Shown here: positions 25,488 through 32,000 of the stretch, piece after piece | Layout: each line of letters begins with the position of its first letter | How positions within the stretch are numbered: the first letter of the stretch is position 1 | Assembly: GCA_028287505.1 (NCBI GenBank) | Contig: JAQBPN010000007.1 | Coordinates: 116,120-148,119, forward strand | Length of the DNA: 32,000 bases | Source: Fibrobacterota bacterium | Lineage (GTDB): Bacteria; Fibrobacterota; Fibrobacteria; UBA11236 | Direction of reading: 5' to 3' | Notes under the pieces: generated by a model | What the model was told of the DNA's origin: nothing | The model's database searches: none | Seen by the model: the letters and a program-made list of their open reading frames with translations, nothing else | Translations under genes and position numbers: made by a program

Positions 25488-25655
25488 ATGTTGAATGCCG
25501 CAATTCTTTTCCTGATTGTCGCCTTGGTAGCAGCCGTATTGGGTTTCGGCGGTATTGCCGGAACGGCGGCCGGCATCGCCAAAATCCTCTTTTTCGTCTT
25601 TTTGGTCCTGGCCGTGATTTCCTTTCTGACAGGTAGACGCGGAACGACGATTTAG
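25488..25655 (+). CDS. DUF1328/UPF0391-type small membrane protein (55 aa)
   Basis: Too short for the ORF track. Hand translation gives [55 protein letters not shown]. The LGFGGIAG core between two TM helices is characteristic of this family. GGAAAGGTGG lies upstream and a strong terminator lies downstream. Confidence 0.8.
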   Translation: MLNAAILFLIVALVAAVLGFGGIAGTAAGIAKILFFVFLVLAVISFLTGRRGTTI

Positions 25656-25694
25656 ACACCGCATTTTCCGCATCGGTCCGGCCTATTCGGCAAG

Positions 25695-25735
25695 GAGGCC
25701 GCGGTTTCAACCCTGAAGCCGCGGCCTCTTTCGTT
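25695..25735 (+). terminator. Rho-independent terminator
   Basis: GAGGCCGCGGTTTCA-ACCC-TGAAGCCGCGGCCTC (15-bp stem with one G-U pair) followed by TTTCGTT. Confidence 0.75.
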
Positions 25736-25846
25736 CCGGGACGCCGTTTCCCCGGCAAAACGGGATCAGCGGGATCATTGCCCGCGGCTCCGGGTTATAT
25801 TTTCCTCCGTCCGGACCAGGCCCGGAAAACGGATCCAGGAGGAAAA

Positions 25847-26644
25847 ATGCTCATCAAAGAAGACAGCGCGGATATCGCAACCCCCAACGGTTCCATGCGC
25901 GTGCATCGGTTCCAGCCGGCCGGGGGCGGACCCTTTCCCGGCCTGATCCTGTTTTCGGAAATATTCCAGGTCACGGGACCCATCCAGCGCACTGCGCGCC
26001 GGTTGGCGTCGCATGGCTATCTGGTGGCCGCGCCCGAAGTCTATCACGAGTTCGAACCCGCGGGCTGCGCCCTGGCCTATGACAAGGACGGCACCGACAA
26101 GGGGAACCGTTACAAGATCGAAAAGGAACTCGCCGCCTACGATGCCGATGCGCGGGCCGTGATCGCCCACCTGAAATCCCTGCCGCAATGCACGGGAAAG
26201 CTGGGATCCATAGGCATTTGCCTGGGCGGCCACCTGAGTTTCCGTTGCGCCATGAACCCGGAAATCCTGGCCGGGGTCTGCCTCTATGCCACCGACATCC
26301 ACAAGCGCAGCCTGGGCAAAGGGATGCAGGACGATTCCCTGGATCGGATTCCGGAACTCAAAGGGGAGATGCTCATGATCTACGGGAAGCAGGATCCGCA
26401 CGTGCCCCAGGAAGGCCGCGATCTCATCTATCGGACGATGACTTCGGCAGGGGTCGATTTCACCTGGCACGAATTCAACGCCCAGCACGCTTTCATCAGG
26501 GACGAAGGGCCGCGTTACGACGCCGCCCTGGCGGATATCTGCTATGCCTTGGCTCTGGAGCTGTTCGGCCGCAGACTGCAAACCGGTTTTTTGGAAGCCC
26601 CCGCGGGCGCGGCTCCGGCTCCGGGACCACTCAAACTGGGGTAA
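25847..26644 (+). CDS. Dienelactone hydrolase family protein (carboxymethylenebutenolidase-like)
   Basis: MLIKEDSADIATPNGSMRVHRFQP...PGLILFSEIFQVTG..., with the nucleophile motif GSIGICLGGHLSF (GxCxGG) and a C-terminal HAF. AGGAGG lies 5 nt upstream of ATG 25847; the ORF track starts further upstream at 25778. Confidence 0.9.
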   Translation: MLIKEDSADIATPNGSMRVHRFQPAGGGPFPGLILFSEIFQVTGPIQRTARRLASHGYLVAAPEVYHEFEPAGCALAYDKDGTDKGNRYKIEKELAAYDADARAVIAHLKSLPQCTGKLGSIGICLGGHLSFRCAMNPEILAGVCLYATDIHKRSLGKGMQDDSLDRIPELKGEMLMIYGKQDPHVPQEGRDLIYRTMTSAGVDFTWHEFNAQHAFIRDEGPRYDAALADICYALALELFGRRLQTGFLEAPAGAAPAPGPLKLG

Positions 26645-26674
26645 CCCAGCGGCTACCCTAAATCGAGATTGCTT

Positions 26675-26705
26675 CGGGGTGCATTAATCAAATCAATGCA
26701 CCCCG
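26675..26705. terminator. Hairpin between convergent genes (possible bidirectional terminator)
   Basis: CGGGGTGCATT-AATCAAATC-AATGCACCCCG is an 11-bp perfect stem. It lies between the stop of the hydrolase gene (26644) and the stop of the DGQHR gene (26712). There is no clean T run on either side. Confidence 0.55.
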
Positions 26706-26711
26706 GAATAT

Positions 26712-27812
26712 CTAGAGGTCCACGGCCTTGGCCAAGTCCTTATAGATGCGGCCCACGCGCTCCACTTGGCCTTTGGCCGGAAAGCGTTCGTAGAAACCTT
26801 CCGCTTTGAAGGCCTTTTTCAATTCGATCCAGGGTTGCAGCCGTTCGGCCCAGCGCTTGACCCGGCCCACGGAGGGTTCGCCGTCCTTTTCGGAAAGATC
26901 CGCGCAGACGCGGATGAGCGCTTTGAGGGTGACCGGCCGGGTGACCATGTATCCCGAGTTGCCCCAGATTTCGCCCCACACCTGGGCGGAAGCCTTCAGG
27001 AAGTCCCGGAGTTGCTCGTAATAGCGTTCCGCCTGATGGGTCGGGGAAAGATCTTCCTTCGGATCCCATTCGGATTTGACCCAGCGGTTGATTTCATTGA
27101 AAAGCTCGGCCTGGAGAATCCATTTCTCCTGCTTGCTTTTGCCGCCCAGGCGGTTGATACGGTATTGGAGCGGGCTATCGTCCCGTCCATACAGATGCTC
27201 CACCACGCGGGCTGCGCAACGCTTGTCGGGCGAGGCGAAGGACACCCGCTCGTACAAGTCCACCAAGTGGCTTTTGTTGATGCGGGTGGGGGTGGAGTTG
27301 ATGATGACGAACATTTCCGTGGCGAAATCCTCGCTGCGGCCGTCGAAAATGATGCAAGGCACGTTGATGGATGCGGCCTCGTCCGGACGCTCCCGGAAGA
27401 AGAAATGCAGGGCGGCCAGGCGGTGCTGTCCGTCGATAATCAGGTATTTCCCGTCCGGATCCGACAGATGGCCCACGCCTTCATTGTCCCCGATGCCCCG
27501 GAACCGCAGCTTCTCCGCGGTGAACAGCAATACCGTGCCCGGAATGGGGGGCTGGGTGCTGGCGGTCTCGTAGAAATTGCGGATGGAGCGGATTTTGTCC
27601 CGCGCCATGGTGCGCTGGAAGGCCTTGTCCGATTTCTCGATACGGCCGATGAATTTGGCGATTTCGTCCTCGGCCGGAGCGGGTTCCGCGGCGATGGGCG
27701 TACCCTCGTCGTAGAAACGGCTGCTGAAACGCACCTTCTCCAAGAGCGCTTTCGCCGGATAGGCGGCGAAGTAGAAGATTGCGTCTTTTTGTCGGACCTG
27801 AGTAGCCAGCAT
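26712..27812 (-). CDS. DGQHR-domain protein (DndB-like, ParB/sulfiredoxin-fold superfamily)
   Basis: The literal motif IIDGQHRLAAL is encoded at nt 27434-27420 (GAC GGA CAG CAC CGC on the minus strand). Upstream is the FYFAAYPAKALL start and downstream is FVIINSTPTRINKSHLVDL, matching the DndB/DGQHR family layout. 366 aa, ATG at 27812. Confidence 0.85.
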   Translation of the reverse strand: MLATQVRQKDAIFYFAAYPAKALLEKVRFSSRFYDEGTPIAAEPAPAEDEIAKFIGRIEKSDKAFQRTMARDKIRSIRNFYETASTQPPIPGTVLLFTAEKLRFRGIGDNEGVGHLSDPDGKYLIIDGQHRLAALHFFFRERPDEAASINVPCIIFDGRSEDFATEMFVIINSTPTRINKSHLVDLYERVSFASPDKRCAARVVEHLYGRDDSPLQYRINRLGGKSKQEKWILQAELFNEINRWVKSEWDPKEDLSPTHQAERYYEQLRDFLKASAQVWGEIWGNSGYMVTRPVTLKALIRVCADLSEKDGEPSVGRVKRWAERLQPWIELKKAFKAEGFYERFPAKGQVERVGRIYKDLAKAVDL

Positions 27813-28320
27813 AAAATCGACCTGCCTTTAAAGTAGGGATGGAATAATCCCTGGTGATGTTCCCTTGTGGAAACGTTCACGGCACCCTCAAAAGATACCT
27901 AGAAGGCCGGATTCTGTATATGGGAACCTGGAAACTTTCGCTGTTACCATAGGGTATCATGCAAGAAACCTCCCCCTGGGCCCGTTTTTTCCGGGCGGGG
28001 ACAGCGGTTACCGTGCCCGGTGGAATGGACTACTAATGCCGGCGGGATGGGACGGCCGGGTCCGATCCAAAGAGGGGGGAATCCGGAAGCTACCGGAACA
28101 CGCCGGTTCCGAGGGGATGTCGCTCGCGTCGGCAGGGAAAGGACGGTCCTGGACGCCGCTCCCGTAGCCTGCCCCGGAGAGAGTACCCGGCCGTCCGCGG
28201 GTCCGGGTCCATCATGTATGCAAGCGGGGTCTCAGCCACCCTCGCGCCGGTCCCGAACCCCTCGGAAGCGGGATCCCGGTCCCGGGGACGGAAACCGGCC
28301 CGGCTCCACCGTACCTGATC

Positions 28321-28339
28321 CCGTTTTTAACGGTTTTTT
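28321..28339 (+). terminator. Weak terminator-like hairpin inside the DGQHR-trpB spacer
   Basis: CCGTT-TTT-AACGG followed by TTTTTT, about 108 nt upstream of the trpB ATG. The stem is only 5 bp, so this is tentative. Confidence 0.3.
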
Positions 28340-28446
28340 CCAAGGATTTCCCGGCCTGGAACCGGTTTGCGATAAGCCAAAAAAAGCCGGAAAAGCTACC
28401 TTTCAGGCCTCAAGGGCGCACCTGTTTCCGCGTCCTCAGGAGCGCC

Positions 28447-29690
<1,244 letters not shown>

Positions 29691-29694
<4 letters not shown>

Positions 29695-30497
29695 ACCGCA
29701 TCGACGCCGCCTTCGCGCGCCTCAAGGAAAGCCGGAAGAAAGCCTTCGTCCCTTATATCGTCGCGGGCGTGCCCGGCAGCGATGAAACCGTGGAAATCGT
29801 GCTGGAGCTGGAACGGCTGGGCGCGGACGTGATCGAGCTCGGTTATCCTTTTTCCGATCCCATGGCCGACGGCGTGGTGAACCAGGCCGCCGCCAACCGG
29901 GCGCTGGAACTGGGCGTGGACGCGGACGCGTATTTCGCCATGGTGGCCAAGATCCGCGAACGCTCGCAAATCCCTATCCTCGTCTTCTCCTATCTGAATC
30001 CCATCTTCAAGCTGGGGTTCGACGCCTTCGCGCGCCGCGCCAAGGCCGCTGGCATGGACGGCATGCTGCTGGTGGACATGCCGGTGGAGGAGTCCCTCGA
30101 TCTGCAGGCCATCTGCAAGCGCGAGGACTTGTCTCTGATTTTCCTGGCTGCGCCGACCACGACGCCGGAGCGCCTGGAAAAAGTGCTGCAAGGCGGCACC
30201 GGATTCCTGTATTACATCTCCCGCACCGGCATCACCGGGGAACAGGCCTCCTTCCAGCAGGACTTCGCCGCCAAGGTGGCCGCCATCAAGAAGGCCAGCA
30301 AGTTGCCGGTGGTGGTCGGCTTCGGCATCTCCACGCCCGACCACGTGCGCACGGTCTGCGGGCTGGTGGACGGCGTGGTGGTGGGCAGCGCCCTGGTGCG
30401 CCGCACCTTGGAGAAGAAACCCTTCGCGGACATGCTCGCGGACATCAAGGCCCTCGTGGCGCCTTTGGCCGCTCCCACTAAGGAAACATGGAACTGA
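29691..30497 (+). CDS. trpA: Tryptophan synthase alpha chain
   Basis: The ATG at 29691 overlaps the trpB TGA (ATGA). [29 protein letters not shown]...[20 protein letters not shown]...[10 protein letters not shown]...VVVGFGIS...VVGSALV. In the ORF track it is buried in the longer frame 28848..30497. Confidence 0.95.
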
Positions 30498-30748
30498 GCG
30501 ACTGGCGGGGCCGCATCGACGCCCTCAATCTCCAACTGCTGGAGTTGCTGAACGAGCGGGCCAAATGCGCCCAGGCCATCGCCGAGCTCAAGAAAAAGAA
30601 GATGCTGCCCATCTACGATCCCCTGCGCGAGCAGCAGGTCTTCGACGCCGTGCTTTCCAGGAATGCAGGTCCGCTCAGCAACGAGGCCATCCGCCGCATC
30701 TTCGAATGCATCATCGCCGAACATCGGCGCCTGGAGGAATCCACCTGA
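30488..30748 (+). CDS. AroQ-class chorismate mutase (monofunctional, 86 aa)
   Basis: [51 protein letters not shown]...EAIRRIFECIIAEHRRLE shows the typical CM_2 helical pattern. It overlaps the trpA end by 10 nt. Confidence 0.85.
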   Translation: MELSDWRGRIDALNLQLLELLNERAKCAQAIAELKKKKMLPIYDPLREQQVFDAVLSRNAGPLSNEAIRRIFECIIAEHRRLEEST

Positions 30749-31917
30749 TGGCGCGGACCACGGGTCCCGCGGCCGGATCGGGCGCCTCCGACCAGGCCAA
30801 GACCTGGCGTCCGGGACGGATAGCCGTGGTGGGCATGGGCCTTTTGGGAGCCTCCCTGGCGGAAGCCGCCCGCAAGAGCTGGCCCGGGATCCGCATCACC
30901 GCAGTCTCCTCTCCCGCCACCTTGGAAAAAGCGCGCAAGGCCGGCCTCGCGGACGTAACCCGTGAGTATACGGAAATAGACCAGGCGGTTGCCGACGCGG
31001 ACCTGGTGGTGCTCTGCACCCCCATCAACCAGATCAAAGCCACCCTGGAAGCCTGGATCGTCAAGCCGCCCCTTTGCAAACCGGGATGCATCATCACGGA
31101 CGTCGGCAGCACCAAGGCGGAAATCTGCGCCTTGGGCCGCAAGGCCTTTCCCGCCCATCGGGCCCAGGGCGCCACGTTTATCGGATCGCATCCCATGGCG
31201 GGCAGCGAGAAGACGGGCCTGGAGGCCCGCGATCCCCTTCTGTTCCAGAATGCGTCCTGGGTGATTTGCGCGGACGATGCCCAATCCGAGGCCGCGGACC
31301 GGCTGGAGTCCTTCGCGCAGGGCCTGGGCGCGCGCACCACGCGCATGCTGGCGGAGTTGCACGATAAGGTGGCCGCCCATGTGTCCCATCTGCCTCAGTT
31401 GCTGAGCACGGCCCTGGCGAGTTACATCGGGGAGCGGAAAACCGTGGTGGAAAACTGCCTGCAGATAGCGGGGGGCGGATTCCGGGACATGACCCGGCTG
31501 GCCGCTTCGTCCTTTTCGGTGTGGGAACCCATCCTGCGGTCCAATCTGGCCGCCGTGCGGGAGGTAACCGCGGGGTTTCGGGAGCATCTGGCCGCCCTGG
31601 AAGCGGGCCTGGAATGGGACCTGGGCGCGGATTTCTTCCGCGAGGGAAACCGCCTGCGTGCGCAGCTGTCCACTTCCAAAAAAGGATTCGCGGTCCCCCT
31701 GACGGAAATCCTCCTGGACCTGGAAGACAAGCCCGGCGTGCTGGTGCGGGCCTTCGCCCCCCTGGCGGAGGCGGGACTCAACGTGCTCGACGTGGAGATC
31801 CTGAAAGTCCGAGAAGGCGAAGGCGGGGTTTTGATGCTGGGATTCCAGAAAAGCGAAGAAGCGACTTCAGCGATTGATTTTTTGACGGTGGCGGGTTTTA
31901 AGGTGAGGCTGAGGTAG
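30748..31917 (+). CDS. tyrA: Prephenate (or arogenate) dehydrogenase with C-terminal ACT domain
   Basis: The ATG at 30748 overlaps the chorismate mutase TGA. The Rossmann motif is IAVVGMGLLGASLA, with HPMAGSE and SHLPQLLS following. The C-terminal ACT-like segment is LLDLEDKPGVLVRAFAPLAEAGLNVLDVEI. The ORF track extends the frame upstream to 30565. Confidence 0.9.
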   Translation: MARTTGPAAGSGASDQAKTWRPGRIAVVGMGLLGASLAEAARKSWPGIRITAVSSPATLEKARKAGLADVTREYTEIDQAVADADLVVLCTPINQIKATLEAWIVKPPLCKPGCIITDVGSTKAEICALGRKAFPAHRAQGATFIGSHPMAGSEKTGLEARDPLLFQNASWVICADDAQSEAADRLESFAQGLGARTTRMLAELHDKVAAHVSHLPQLLSTALASYIGERKTVVENCLQIAGGGFRDMTRLAASSFSVWEPILRSNLAAVREVTAGFREHLAALEAGLEWDLGADFFREGNRLRAQLSTSKKGFAVPLTEILLDLEDKPGVLVRAFAPLAEAGLNVLDVEILKVREGEGGVLMLGFQKSEEATSAIDFLTVAGFKVRLR

Positions 31918-31919
31918 GT

Positions 31920-32000
31920 ATGACGGCGATGAAGAAGGTCGGGCGTCGGGCGTCGGGCGTCGGGCGTAAAGAAAAATCCAGCAGGAACGGAGCTACGCTC
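31920..32000 (+). CDS. 5' end of a further ORF (open to the right window edge), unknown product
   Basis: An ATG lies 2 nt after the tyrA stop and is preceded by GAGGCTGAGG. The translation MTAMKKVGRRASGVGRKEKSSRNGATL... has no stop before nt 32000. There is too little sequence to judge. Confidence 0.3.
   Translation, partial: MTAMKKVGRRASGVGRKEKSSRNGATL
31939..31966. repeat. Perfect tandem heptamer (TCGGGCG) x4
   Basis: Read directly: TCGGGCG TCGGGCG TCGGGCG TCGGGCG at 31939-31966, inside the 5' end of the putative ORF starting at 31920. Confidence 0.85.

Noticed and set aside
27920-27952. Possible trp attenuation leader peptide (MGTWKLSLLP*)
   Set aside because: It has only a single Trp codon and no tandem TGG. 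It lies about 500 nt from trpB, and I could not find alternative terminator/antiterminator pairing.
27990-28340. RNase P RNA or tmRNA in the long spacer
   Set aside because: I looked for GAGGAAAGUCCGGGC and ACAGAACCCGGCUUA (RNase P) and for a GGUUCGAnUCC T-loop with a ...CUCCACCA end (tmRNA). Only loose resemblances appear (GGGAAAGGACGG, ACGGAAACCGGCCC, GGCTCCACCgta), with no matching P4 pairing or T-arm on either strand.

Overview
GC-rich (by eye about 60-65% G+C), densely coding chromosomal segment from a diderm bacterium. All calls come from reading the sequence and ORF translations by eye; no database search was run.

Gene content, left to right:
- A metal-resistance block: a 3'-partial TolC/CusC-like outer-membrane factor gene that is missing from the ORF track, then a CsoR/RcnR-family repressor, a CopA Cu(I) P1B-ATPase, and a small Cys-rich membrane ORF followed by a terminator.
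- A DUF1624/acyltransferase-like membrane protein and an MltD-like lytic transglycosylase with LysM repeats.
- A Lys/Ala/Pro-rich histone-H1-like protein with a C4 zinc ribbon and a poly-acidic tail.
- A secreted cyclophilin, lepA, and a 13-14-blade BNR/Ycf48-like double propeller.
- An alkyltransferase-like (ATL, PWHRV) protein.
- A five-gene minus-strand operon (15132-20941), described below.
- A MORN/YwqK-repeat lipoprotein, an orphan transposase-OrfA-like HTH protein next to an AT-rich patch, and a secreted sugar-dehydrogenase-like beta-propeller.
- A hypothetical protein, an unlisted 55-aa DUF1328-type membrane peptide, and a dienelactone hydrolase.
- A solitary DGQHR (DndB-like) protein, a 634-bp GC-rich non-coding spacer, and an overlapping trpB-trpA-chorismate mutase-prephenate dehydrogenase operon.

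Best candidate for an undescribed system: the operon at 15132-20941. It encodes a protein with FliF-like periplasmic topology fused to two FliG-like cytoplasmic repeats, an outer-membrane beta-barrel with a periplasmic N-domain, a largely disordered TPR lipoprotein, and a bona fide MotA/MotB stator. Two of its gene junctions are ATGA overlaps, and no other flagellar gene lies in the 32 kb. I read it as a possible stand-alone, ion-driven, envelope-spanning machine.

The orphan DGQHR gene and the adjacent structured spacer are the second place to look.

No rRNA, tRNA, CRISPR array or intact mobile element was recognised.
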